Assembly (NCBI RefSeq): GCF_018350175.1
Contig: NC_058368.1
Span: forward strand, 202,928,001 to 202,992,000
Source: Felis catus
Taxonomy: Eukaryota
Length of the DNA stretch: 64,000 bases
Direction: 5' to 3'
In this document: positions 50,612-62,670 of the stretch, one piece after another
Numbering within the stretch: the stretch's first letter is position 1
Layout of the letters: every line of letters starts with the position of its first letter
Translations under genes and position numbers: made by a program
The notes under the pieces: generated by a model
Told to the model about the DNA's origin: nothing
Databases searched by the model: none
Seen by the model: only the letters and a program-made list of their open reading frames with translations

Positions 50612-51400
50612 AAAGATATATATATATATAAAACATTCCATCCAAGAAAAATAAAATACACATTTTCTTCAAGAACATACAGACAGATCTCCTGGTTAAA
50701 TTACATAAAAAGAAAAAAATTCACATAAAAAGAGACATAACAAATATTACAAATTTAAGAAGACTGAAATCATACCAAGTGTATTTTCCAAACACGATGG
50801 TACAAATTTAAAGATCCACAATAAAACAAAGTTAAAAAATCTACAATGTAAATATGAAATATTTAATATGTAAATATTAAACAATGAACTACTGCACAAG
50901 CAATGGACCAAATAAGAAATCAAGGGCAAATCAAAATATGTCTCAAAACAAAAGAAAAAGAAAACACAATATTCCAAAACCTATGGGATGCAGCAAAAGC
51001 AGAAGTTAGAGTAAAATTTATGCTATAAATGCTGTATTAAGAAAAAAAAGTTCAAATAAACACCATTATACTGCAAGGAACTAAAAAAATAAGACACTTA
51101 GCTGAAATTTAGTAGTAATCTGCAATCATGAATCTTGATTCCAAGAAACAGGAAAACTCCTTACACCAAATAACAAGAATTAAAGTTGAATTAGCAACCA
51201 AACATCTCCCAGCACAGAAAAGTCCAAGACCTTATGGTTTCAATGGTGAATTCTACAAATAATTAAAAAAATAATTAATGACAACCTTTATCAAAACCTT
51301 ACAAATTGAACAGAGGGAACACATTTAAAATTATCTCATGAGGCCAGTACTACTCTGATACCAAAGCTGAATAAGAACAAAACAAGAATAAAAAAGTATA
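50612..51400 (+). mobile_element. Diverged L1 ORF2 fragment (late endonuclease to pre-RT region, internally deleted)
   Basis: AAAACATTCCATCC (TFHP), AACCTATGGGATGCAGCAAAAGCAG (NLWDAAKA), GGTGAATTCTACAAA (GEFY), ACTCTGATACCAAAG (TLIPK). Confidence 0.88.
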
Positions 51401-51696
51401 GTTTGTTCAATATAAGTATGGCTACTCAGACTTTCTTTGCCATCCATTTGTGTGATAAATGTTTCCCCACCTCCTCTCTTTCAATTACAGGTGTCTTTAG
51501 GTCTAAAATGAGTCTCTTATAGGCAGCATATAGATGGGTCTTGTTTTTTTATCCATTCTGATAGCCAATGTCTTTTGATTGGAGCATATAGTCCATTTAC
51601 ATTCAAAGTAATTATTGATTGATATATGTTTATTGCTATTTTATTCCTTGTTTTGTTGCTGTTTCTGGAGATTTTCTCTGATCATTTCTTGTCTTT
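51393..51696 (-). mobile_element. L1 inter-ORF spacer and ORF2 N-terminus
   Basis: Colinear with 32950-33230 of the large L1 (SIITLNVNGL, CCL.ETHF, GVAILI). Confidence 0.92.
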
Positions 51697-52146
51697 ATTT
51701 CAAGAAATAATAGTACAAAATTCCCTAATCTGGGGAAGGAAACAGACATCCAGATCCAGGAGGCATTGAGAACTCCCATCACAATCAACAAAAGCAGGCA
51801 ATACCAAGACATATTTTAATTCAATTTACAAACTATAGTGATAAAGAAAAAATCTTAAAAACAGCAAAGCAAAAGTAGTCCTTAACATACAAGGGAAAAC
51901 CCATAAAGCTAGCTAGACATTTCTCAATAGAAACTTGGCAAGCCAGAAGGGAGTGGCATGATATATTCAAAGTTCTGATGGGAAAAACCTTCAGACAAGG
52001 ATACTCTATCCAGCAAGGCTATCATTTACAATAGAAGGAGAGATAAAGAGTTTCCCAGACAAACAAAAACTAAAGGAGTTCGTAACCAGCCCTGCAAGTA
52101 ATATTAAAGGGGACTCCTTAAGCGCAAAGGAGAGACCAAAGTGACA
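51694..52146 (+). mobile_element. L1 ORF1 C-terminal half (inverted segment)
   Basis: FPNLGKETDIQIQEA, ETWQARREWHDIFKVL, ILYPARLSFTIEGEIKSFPDKQKLKEF. Confidence 0.93.
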
Positions 52147-52777
52147 TCACAAATTTTCAAATACTACTTTCAGTTTTTGGTAGTTCAGATCTTTTGAAAA
52201 AAAAAATGAAAAGGAACTAGCAAATTGGTCATGGGTTGGCACCACTCTGTTTCAAAATACATGCCCATTATTGCTGGTATCACTCAGTTTCTCAGTTACC
52301 TTTCCAAGGCATCAAAATAAACTTCTTTGTGAAACTTTTAAGATTATATTCTTGGATTCTTTTATTCCTCAGAGAAAAAGACTCAAATAGTCTATGGTAA
52401 GTATTACCATTCATTGTTTCAAAATTTTACAAATATTCACTGTCAGGAGTGGGAGTAGGGAGATGGGCAAACATCTGAGCCCAGAGGCTCACCCAACATG
52501 AGGAATGCCTCAGACATTAAGTTGTGACTCTGAGGATTGCACCCACAGGATAAGGTGGGTAGAACCAAGTTCATCACTTTTCCAGGTGAAATGCAGGGAA
52601 CATTTCCTTGGCATTGAGCTGAACAGAACAGACTAAGAAGTTGTAAAATGCCAGCCAGAACTCTTAGGAATTTGTAGTATTATTTCACATAAAGTTCAAG
52701 CCTATAAAATTCAAGCCTTGATTTAAAGTTTTCAGGCTTATGCCTGGGATGTCTTGTAAAAGCAACTTACAGAGGCA

Positions 52778-53000
52778 GAATAGGATAACAGTTAATAGCA
52801 TGGGCTCTATCTAAGCAGATTCCCGTCATCAAGCCATGGCTCCCCCATACTAGTAGTGAAGGTATTTCTTCTTCTACAAGGTTGGGTTCATAATTAAAAT
52901 ATTTTCTTTATGAAACTGTTGTGATTATTAAATGAAATTATATATGCAAAGTATTTGAAAGACCACATGGCACATATTACATGCTAACTAATATTGACCA
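52778..53000 (+). mobile_element. MIR
   Basis: GTTAATAGCATGGGCTCT...TTGTGATTATTAAATGAAATTATATATGCAAAG...TGGCACATA. Confidence 0.65.
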
Positions 53001-53173
53001 GTATTGCTATCCCCTCTAAGAAAGACCCTTTTACTGCAGGTATCCATGAACACTCTTCTTGCAGACACCCTTATTACAGGACTTGGTGAGAAACTATCTT
53101 GACCATATTTAATACACATATGCATAAGTATTATATCGGAAAATGCTGACAGGGAATAGAACACGAACTTAAT

Positions 53174-53380
53174 TTTTTTAACGTTTATTTTTGAGAGAGA
53201 GAAAGAGAGAGCGAGCATGAGTGGGGTGGAAGCAGAGACAGGGAGACAAAGAATCTGAAGTAGGCTCCAGGCTCTGAGCTGTCAGCCCAGATCCCAACAT
53301 GGGGCTTAAACTCACAAACAATAAGATCATGATCTGAGCTGAAGTCGGATGCTTAACCAACTGAGCCACCCTGGTGGCCT
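53174..53380 (-). mobile_element. Can-SINE
   Basis: TSD TAGAACAC(G/A)AACTTAAT at 53157 and 53381. Confidence 0.95.
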
Positions 53381-53515
53381 TAGAACACAAACTTAATAGT
53401 GGATATGCCCAGATTGTGCAATTAAAATAATTTTTACTTTTCTCTTTACACCTTTTAGTATTTCACAAAGTATTTCAATTTAAAGAAAGATGTTATTAAA
53501 ATATTCAACCAATCA

Positions 53516-53734
53516 GGGGAGCCTGGGTGGCTCAGTCAGTTGAGCGTCCGACTTCGGCTCAGGTCATGATCTTGCAGTCTGTGAGTTCATGCCCCACGTC
53601 GGGCTCTGTGCTGACAGCTGGGAGCCTGGAGCCTGCTTCCGATTTTGTGTCTCCCTCTCTCTGTCTCTGCCCCTTCCCCACTCATGCTCTGTCTCTCTCT
53701 CTGTCAAAAATAAATAAACATTTAAAAAAGTTTT
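53516..53734 (+). mobile_element. Can-SINE
   Basis: TSD AA(A/G)TATTCAACCAA on both sides. Confidence 0.95.
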
Positions 53735-53919
53735 AAGTATTCAACCAAATGGGGGATAACTTTAGCTTTATTATTTACAGATATAACTGTCAAATAAAAT
53801 TAACAATAAAAATAACAGCTGACATTTGTCAAATATTTAGTATGTGCACTTTTCTAAGAGGTTAACAGGTATTAAATTACCTAATACTGCTCATTACATT
53901 ATTAGGTGATGTAATTTTA

Positions 53920-53925
53920 TTTTTC

Positions 53926-53972
<47 letters not shown>

Positions 53973-54156
53973 GGACAGAGAGAGACAGAGCATGAACGGG
54001 GGAGGGGCAGAGAGAGAGGGAGACACAGAATCGGAAACAGGCTCCAGGCTCTGAGCCATCAGCCCAGAGCCTGACACGGGGCTCGAACTCACGGACCGCG
54101 AGATCGTGACCTGGCTGAAGTCGGACGCTTAACCGACTGCGCCACCCGGGCACCCC
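53920..54156 (-). mobile_element. Young SINEC_Fc with a pure A43 tract
   Basis: Perfect 17-bp TSD TAGGTGATGTAATTTTA at 53903-53919 and 54157-54173; T run 53929-53971. Confidence 0.97.
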
Positions 54157-54174
54157 TAGGTGATGTAATTTTAA

Positions 54175-54483
54175 AGCTTTTGTTTTGAATATAATTTTAG
54201 ATTCACTGAAAAGATCATCTGGAGCATTGCCCTATATCTTTTACACAATCATAGTACATTTATCAAAATGAAGAAATTAACATCAGCACAACACTGCTAA
54301 CTAAAATACAGACTTTGTTTAGATTTCACAAGTTTCTTCCACTACTGCCCTTTTTCTACTGCAGAATGGAACCCAGGATATCAAGTTGCCTTTAGTCTCC
54401 TTAGTCTAACTCTCTAATCTGGGACAGTTTCTTAGTTTTTCTTTCTTTCTTTCTTTTTTTTAATGTTTATTTATATTTGAGAC

Positions 54484-54523
<40 letters not shown>

Positions 54524-56310
54524 CAGGGGAGAGCGACAAGAATCCAAAGCAGGCTCCAGGCTCTGAGTTGTCAGCACAGATTGATATGGGGCTCAAACTC
54601 ACGAACCACAAGATCATGACCAGAGCTGAAGTCAGACGCTTAACCAACTGAGCCACCCAGGCGCCCCTCAGCTTTTCTTTATTCATGACTTTGACACATT
54701 TGAGGAGCACTCATCATGTGATTTCTAAAATGTCCCTCCAATATTTTCTCATGATTAGACTGCAGTTATGGATTTTCATGAAGCACCCTTCTCACTGAAT
54801 TATATCAGAGAGTACCTGATATCAATATGACTTATTACCAGTAATGTTAACCTTGATCACTTGGTTAAGGTGCTGTCTGCCAGATTTCTCCATTACAAAG
54901 TTACTATTTCTTCATTTTCTTAACTGTATTCATTATAAGTGAGTCACTGGGTCCAGCCTATCACTCAAGGATGGGGAATTAAGCTCCACTTCCTAGAGGC
55001 AGGAGTATCAAAGAATATAAACTACTATGCTAATTAATAAATATTTGTGAGGGGAGATAATAAATACTTGGGAGAGTGATGCAAACATTCTTATTCTCCT
55101 TAACATTTTGCCAACTATTTTGAACATTCATCCATAGATTTTGCGAGCAGCAATTATTACTGTGATATTCTAAGGGTGAATTACTACTTCCCTCATTCCT
55201 TCTACATTTATTATTTGGAATTCTTCTCAAAGAAAACTTTGTCTTCTCCTCAACTTATTTATTTATTCAATCATTTATATCTGTGTTGACTTATTGATGT
55301 TTATTTTACACTTTGGGTTTTAATTCATTGTTGTCATAATTTAGTTTATTGGTCAAATTTGTCCACTTTTGGCCATTGGGAGTTTTTACAGATTGTCTCC
55401 TGTGTCATTTAGATGCACAATCAGACTCATCTGGTACTTTTATGCCCCAAGCCCTAGAATCAGCTATTTCTTCAGGGAGAACTGGTTCCTATTATTGGAG
55501 AATGATATCTACAAAGTAAGTCCAGGAATTAGGTGTGTTCATTGCTACTGCTTCTAGGACTTCTTTGGAGAGAGCCAGTAAATATGTGCATATGCTATCC
55601 AATGTATACACACATACATATTAATTTCTGTGCTTATAATCTATATACCTGTATTAAATAAACACGAGTTCACATTATTTCTAACTCTAATCCAGCACCA
55701 AAGAGTTTGTTCTAGTCCTCACTTATTTATTTATAACTTCTTTTTCTGGCTGTGAGAAACTTGATTACCATTGTCTGCATTTTATTTACTTATTTATTTA
55801 ACCTCAGTATACATGTAAGTTAGTTTTAGAACTGTTAACACATATCTCAGTGGAGAATGAATTTACCAAATAGTATACAGTGTTTAGCTACAGTTCTTTT
55901 TGTCGTTAGCCTTATAGCAGTCAGTCAAAGCAATGGCTTTCCAGGTTTCTTAGGTCAGCTCTGTTCATCTGCCTTTTCAATAAGGTAATGTCATCCACAT
56001 GTGACACATTTCTCGCAGTGGGCCATCTATCTTGAGATTCTTGACCTCACGGTTGATTTTTTAAATTTTCCTATAGGTAAGTACACTCTGTGGTTTTAAC
56101 AAATGCAGGGTCACATATCCCAATTAAAATATTATACAACATAATCCCATCACTCTACATTTTCCATGTGTGACTCTTTTACAATCAATACTCTCCCCAC
56201 ACCAACTCCTTCAATCTCTGATCTGTATTCTACCCTATAGCTTGCCATTTCTAGAATGTCATAAAATTGAGATTATACCATTTCTAGCTTTTTGGTGTGA
56301 TTTCTTTTGA
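54175..56310 (-). mobile_element. Ancient L1MC/L1MD-type 3'UTR
   Basis: Hallmark ATGTTAACCTTGATCACTTGGTTAAGGTGCTGTCTGCCAGATTTCTCCA and CATAGTACATTTATCAAAA; subfamily uncertain. Confidence 0.8.
54445..54667 (-). mobile_element. Can-SINE nested in the L1MC/MD relic
   Basis: Head, (GA)n and (TTTC)n tail. Confidence 0.94.
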
Positions 56311-57967
56311 TCTTTAAAATGAATTATAATAAAAAATTCAATCTCTCCTTTCAAAGATAAATTGTTCAAAAAACAAGAACAAGAAAGAAGAATACTTTTG
56401 GTATATTTTAAAGAGTTTATCTTTAAAATATTTTAAATAATTTTGGGTTTTAATAATGAACGTGAGCCATTTCCAAATTGCTCAAATCTATTCTTAAAGG
56501 ACCTAAAAATGGAAATTTTAAGCTATCAAAATGGGGAGTTTTGAAAGCTTCCTTTAGATATATAAAAAAATCATTAGCATTACAATGAACTTGTAAGAAA
56601 AACTGAGAGGAGGAAAGTTGAAAAGTTAAAATCAATTATTTTTAAAAGTTATGGTTTTTATAATTGAAAAAATGGATGCCCTGCTTTAATAAATCTTATC
56701 AAAGGTTTACAGCCTTTCAGATCTATATATCTTTTAGAAGTTAGTTTTATAGATATGCTAGCTACAAAAATAAAGTGCAGAAATGCACAGAACTTAGAAT
56801 CGCAATTACCAATCCACCTTACCACAAAGTATTAAATCAAAATTTCAAAAGCATAAAGCAATTATAATCATACTATTGTCACCATGTATTTTAGATCAAT
56901 AATTACAGTTAAGAATTCTTTTAAAATGTGACTTAATTTATATTTTATCTTTTTAATGTATATTTTGGGTGTATTTTTAAAGAAATATCACATTAATAAT
57001 ATATAGTAAATATATATTGTTTATAAAAGGTAAATGACTATCTGGGAGTGGTGTGTTCTAAGTTTTTCCTCCTTTTTTTTTCTTTACTCTTAAATGAGCT
57101 AGTAAAGTATAATCCACTATAATGGCACAGGCTTAATTATATGGTATACTCTATAGTCCTAAGAGCACAGTGGGTGGATACATATTACAGTTATATAGTG
57201 CCTGTGAAATCCTCAGTGTAAAGTGTGATTCCTGTACTCCTCCACATATTTTTCTCTGCATTAAAAACAAGCGTGACTCATTAGGCAGAAATCATTTAAA
57301 TCAGACGGCTGAAGTCACAGCATCTGGGGAAAATGACAACAGCACCTGCCTGTGAAGACCTCCTAGCAGCAGGATATCCCAGAAGAGCTGTTGAGAGCAG
57401 AGAGGGGAGGGTGCTATTTTAGAGCCTTCAGAGAAACAAACAGAAGCATTCAAATCTTTCCCCTTAAAACTGTCTTTAAATATCAGTAAGAACAAACATC
57501 CTGACAAAGTTTCCCCTACAAAATGTTCAAAGCTCAAAACAGAAGTTCATTTTAAGTCATTTAACAGCAGAATATTTTTATATTTGATGATGAAGTTTCA
57601 TTTTTGGATTTGACATCAAAATACTGTTACTATAACATTTGTATATATTAGCTCTCTAATCACCTCATGAGGACTTATAGTTTCTTCCTCTTATTTGATG
57701 AATCATTAGATTTGGAAACAGTTCATGTGAATGGGCTCTAACATACACCACACCAGAAAGGTTAAGTATTGGCTTAATTAAGTGTTGACTTGGGTGAGGT
57801 TGTTAACAACTTTTGGCTTCCGGGAGCATTTGGTGGCAATGAGTTCTAGTCAGTTTGCTTTCCATAGAAAATTATTCAGAGTGTTCCCAATGATATTAAT
57901 GCTGAATCCTTGATTTGCTTTGTGAATAAGTATTACTTCTTCAATCCAGTCAGATTTAAAGTAAAAA

Positions 57968-58175
57968 GGGGCGCCTGGGTGGCTCAGGTCATGTTCTCAC
58001 AGCTCATGAGTTCAAGCCCGGCATGGGGCTCTGTGCTAACAGCTCAGAGCCTGGAGCCTGTTTCGGATTCTGTGTCTCCTTCTCTCTCTGCCCCCTCTGC
58101 CACTCACACTCTGTCTCAAAAATAAATAAACATTTTAAAAAGTTAAAAAAAAATAAAATAAAAAGATAAAGAAAG
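57968..58175 (+). mobile_element. Can-SINE with a 27-bp deletion in the head
   Basis: GGGGCGCCTGGGTGGCTCAG joined directly to GTCATG. Confidence 0.93.
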
Positions 58176-59386
58176 CAAAATAAGGATAGCCAAGATTTAG
58201 GAACTAGAATCTTATATTCTTCCTCTGTCATTATTTTCTATGCCTCAGTGAGAACATGAAATTGAACAAAATAATGGGCTGAATTTCTTTTCTTGTTCCC
58301 ACATCTAGATGACAACAGTTTGCCACAGTCAAAGCTAGAACATCGTTTCTGAGGTTGAATTGACCTTGTCTGGGTAGAGGAGATTCAGTGACATGAAGAA
58401 AGTACTACTTCTGAAAAAAAATATATGGTCTGTTTGGCAAAATGTTTTTCCCTTGAAGAACAGAGCAAATTTAAAACAAGGAATCATTTTATTCTTTTTT
58501 TTTTCTTGTGGGTTTTGCTTCCTAAAAATGACCTTATTTAACCTGTCAAGAAACCCGTAATATTATTGAAATATTTAGTAACGTTTCTCTCTGTATAGAA
58601 GGCCACAAGATTTATTCTATAAGGTGTATCATTTTTATGAAGGACCTATTTTGCAAGAGTGAAAGTTATAAAATTTAAAAAGACACTATCAGAATCATCA
58701 GTGTTTAGAGTACTTACCAGTTTTGGAGAATTCATATGCATTTGAGAGCTTTGAGAAAAAAAAATTATTTATATGTGTCTCCTGTTTTCCAAGGTATTTC
58801 ATCAAGGCTGTGTTTTTATGGCAGTTGAACCAAAGTGGGTAATAAAGTATAAGGCAGTATCATTAGACTATCTGGCTTTATCTCTTAGCATTTGGCAAAG
58901 TTCTAAAGAAGCAATTACATAATTTATGCCAAATTAGGGGAGGTGGGGAAGGTTGCTGGGCCACCCAAATATATTCAAAAGACAACTGAACAAATTATAT
59001 AATCTGTCAGTATTCTCCCCCAGTATTTTTTTTTATCTTGCTGCAGTTGAAAATCCATCTTACCAATTGTGGCTGTACTTTCTTGATGCCACTAAACCAA
59101 GTAGAATCTTTAGTTTTTATCAATAGAAAATGTAAGCAATGTTCTAAGTGGTACAAAGGGGAACAATCATCTCTGTCAAGGGCCTAGATTAAGTTCAGTA
59201 CTTATAGCTTTGATAGACATAAGTCCAATGAAAATCTATAATGAAAAAAACAAGAAAAGGGGTCTCTGAGGTCAAAAAGTAAAAAAAAAAAATGTAAAAG
59301 TTGTGCCTAGAGTATTCTGTTCTCTGAGATTCGTAATGCAGACTAGCCTATTAAAGGCCAACACATTAAAAAACACAATAGTTGGT

Positions 59387-59457
59387 GATGATAGATGATA
59401 GATTGATAGATAGATAGATAGATAGATAGATAGACTGACAGATAGATGATAGATAGA
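59387..59457 (+). repeat. (GATA)n microsatellite, imperfect
   Basis: Seen directly. Confidence 0.95.
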
Positions 59458-62007
59458 GTAATATTCTCTGGAATTGACTTGGGAAATGGTGATCTTGTCA
59501 CACAGTAAAAAAGACTCCTCCAAATGATCCCCCATCTGATCTCTGAGCAAATATACTTTGAACAGAGTTTTTATTAGGGTTGAATATTTATACTACTCCA
59601 TATTCCCAAATGAAGGGGTTCTCTGTTTTCAAGTTGCAAGAATCAATTGTAAAATATATTTATTTATGTCTTTTCCTTATCCTGGAAAATGTGGTGCTCT
59701 TTTAACCACTATAATATAGAATATTGTACTTTAAATATTTATTTGTAATATTATAGAAAAGCAAACAATATCTACTTATATATTCTATATTATAATCTAA
59801 ATTATTGTTACATCCTATAAAACTCATAACTCAAAAGGAAGGTTCAGAAGAAATCAGAGATAATAAACTTTGATTTTTTGACAAATTTTTTCAGATGATC
59901 TATATACTATTATCACATATAAATTGCTTCACTCTGAGAAATCACATAAAATAAATTCTATTTCATTCTGACTAGGTTTTTTTTATTCAGTTAAATGGGA
60001 GATTTGAAAATAATATTAATCAGAAGATCTCTATTTAGCATGAGCACTCCCATGAAAAATTATTGTGTTTTCAAAAAATGTTGATTCCCTTGTGAGAAAA
60101 TAATTTAACAAATAAGGAAATCCAAAATTATTTATTACAATACTACAAACACTCTTTTTTCAGCTTTGGAAGATGAAGTTCTGTTCTAACAACAAAAACC
60201 TTCTACAAACTTATCAGTAATTTAACTCCTACGGTAAACTCTTGATTTTGTCCCCATTAAGCTGGGACACATATTGCTAAGGATGATATATATAGCACAC
60301 TCAAATGTAAATGAATACTTTTGTTATGGTATTCTCTGTTTCATTGTTTTCGCTGGCTAGAATCATAAGATAATAGAACTGAGGTAGAGTCTACTTTGGA
60401 CATGTGTCTCAATAACTGGGCTGAAATCTGGTCTTTGTTAGGTGAAGATGACTGAATCAACATTCTGTAATGATATTTTACTAGCCATGAACTTAAACAT
60501 GACTGTATGCCCCAAACTACAAAGGATGTTCACTGTGTTCCAATATAAGTGTTCATTTACTCTTTTCTAAAGCATCAATAAGAATCTTTAAACAAGTTGG
60601 CCAAGACAAATGTGTTTCTTGCCTGTTCTCTTATTGTATTGCTCAAGTTTTGCTGATTGTCAGTATGTCCTATATCATCTCCTCTGGGATTGACTCACTT
60701 GTTTGGGAGCCATTACTTGTAGATTAGTCTCACATTTTGCTAATGGATTGCTCAGAGCCTTCTCACTTATACCAAGCCATTAGGAATTGATTCCCGTAGA
60801 GATTTGTCCTGCCAATATCTCCACAGATTGTGAAGACCTGTCTGCTCTGCCAACGCATGCCCTTTGTCACAAAAAATACAGGCGTCTAGGCTATGGCCCT
60901 GAGGAGGGTTATATTCCACTTCTTCTCTTAGCTAACAGTGCTACCTAATTGGATTCCAAGCTAAAAATAGGCCTCTCATTAATGGAGTTATGGATATGAG
61001 GGCAGTTCTTATGTGACACCATTACCAGCTCCTAAGCTGCCAATGATCAAGATTTTCCTGTTTAATAATATCCAGTCCCATTTAACAATTTCATGTGTAG
61101 GTTGTATTATCATTGAGAAGATAGCTGAACCATATTCTTCCATTTCCTAAACAACTACTTCTTGCTGTAAGTAGGGCACTTTTAGAAATTCAGATGGTTC
61201 TATCGGGTTCGCCACATGAATGCAATAAATGCTACGTGAGCAAGGTGTGGATTACTAATCCTTAATTCACAGAAGTAAATATTCAACACTTGACTTTCAC
61301 AAACCCTTTTTCTGTACACTATTCTTAATAAGGTCTCTGGTATGTCCATATTAATAGTCGGTACCATTATTTGTCCACTGGTTCTTTCACTAATCTGTAA
61401 ACCTCCCCATTAGGCTTAAGTCACTTGGAAGTAAGTCACACAGCCATCTTACTCTTGGAAATTCTAAAAGCCTGTGTTTTCCTGGCCACTGATACTTAAA
61501 CACATGTTGAACCTTTGTCATGTTTCAATATTCTCATACTCGAGCTATTTATACACTGTTGACCTTTGACACTATTGACCTTTGACACTATTAGTCTTTG
61601 ATGATTTAATCCATTCCCAGAAAGTAATAACTGCGGAAAACATGCTAAGAAACAACAAAACATATTCAGAAACAAAATAATGCTTTAAGAACATGGAAGC
61701 TTTCACTGATACAGAAGAAAGTCACTTTTCAGCCTAATTATTTGAAATGAACATTTCTATTGTCTATATAAATATCTGATAGAATGAAACTTTATAGTCA
61801 TATTTATAATAAAACTCTGAGAGTATCATCTTATCTATATTAGGAAAATACTGCCATAGATAAGAATCAGCCCCCCTTCTTCAACCATTGATATACACTA
61901 AGTGCATTGCAGAGTGACTTCTGTAGGTTAATTTCAGTGATTTACAATTAGTCTTTTCAACTTTGGTAGCCATCAATACAGTTCTATCAATTTTAATACA
62001 TATTTTA

Positions 62008-62670
62008 TGTTGGTAATCAGCACTATCCCTTCCTTTCTCAGCTTGTCCCTTACTGCAGGGGCTGGAAGACTGGAAACCATGTTTTCCAGACTCACTCAAC
62101 AGAAGGATTCTGGTTTAGTTTCCCTATGCAAGATTTGGAAGGAGGAAGAGAAACAGGACTACTATTTTTCCAGCGGGATTTGGGGAGGCCTAGGAACTTG
62201 GCATTTAAACAAGAAAGGGGTTTGCCAGGTCCTCTCTGCATCCACCAGCAAATCACTCCTTTCAGGGCTGCAGACAACTGAAATCATTGGGGTATTTCCT
62301 TGATGTCTTTGTAATTCATTATTTCTGTACATTGATTTAGTAAGCTGTGACTTTACCAAATCCATGTTGCAGTTCTAGTAGTTTTTTGGCAGTGTCTTTA
62401 GGGTTTTTCTGTATATAGTATCATGGTATTTGCAAATAGTGAAAGCTTTACTTCTTCCTTACTAATTTGGTTGCTTTTTATTTATTTTTGTTGTTTGATT
62501 GCTGTGGTAGCAATTTATTATTTCCTAAACATCACTATTGGCTTTTCCGATCTAGCTCCCTGAAACTTCTGACAGTTTTATGTGTCTCAAATTCCCTATT
62601 TTAAGTCCCTTCCTGCCTGAAATATGTTAGAGTGGTATCTGTTTTCCTAATAAAACTCAAACTTACAGAA
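62008..62670 (+). mobile_element. Ancient ERVL-type LTR (LTR41/LTR33-like), interrupted by an L1 fragment
   Basis: TGCAGGGGCTGGAAGACTGGAAACCATGTTTTCCAGACTC and 3' AAATTCCCTATTTTAAGTCCCTTCCTGCCTGAAATA...AGAGTGGTATCTGTTTTCCT. Confidence 0.6.
62326..62509 (-). mobile_element. Isolated L1 ORF2 RT-core fragment
   Basis: Colinear with ~30750-30930 of the large L1 (LSLFANTMILY equivalent of the FADD region). Confidence 0.88.

Noticed and set aside
60164..60233. Possible 70-bp plus-strand exon (TTTTTTCAG ... ACG|GTAAAC)
   Set aside because: All three frames have stops and the donor is weak; compatible with chance.
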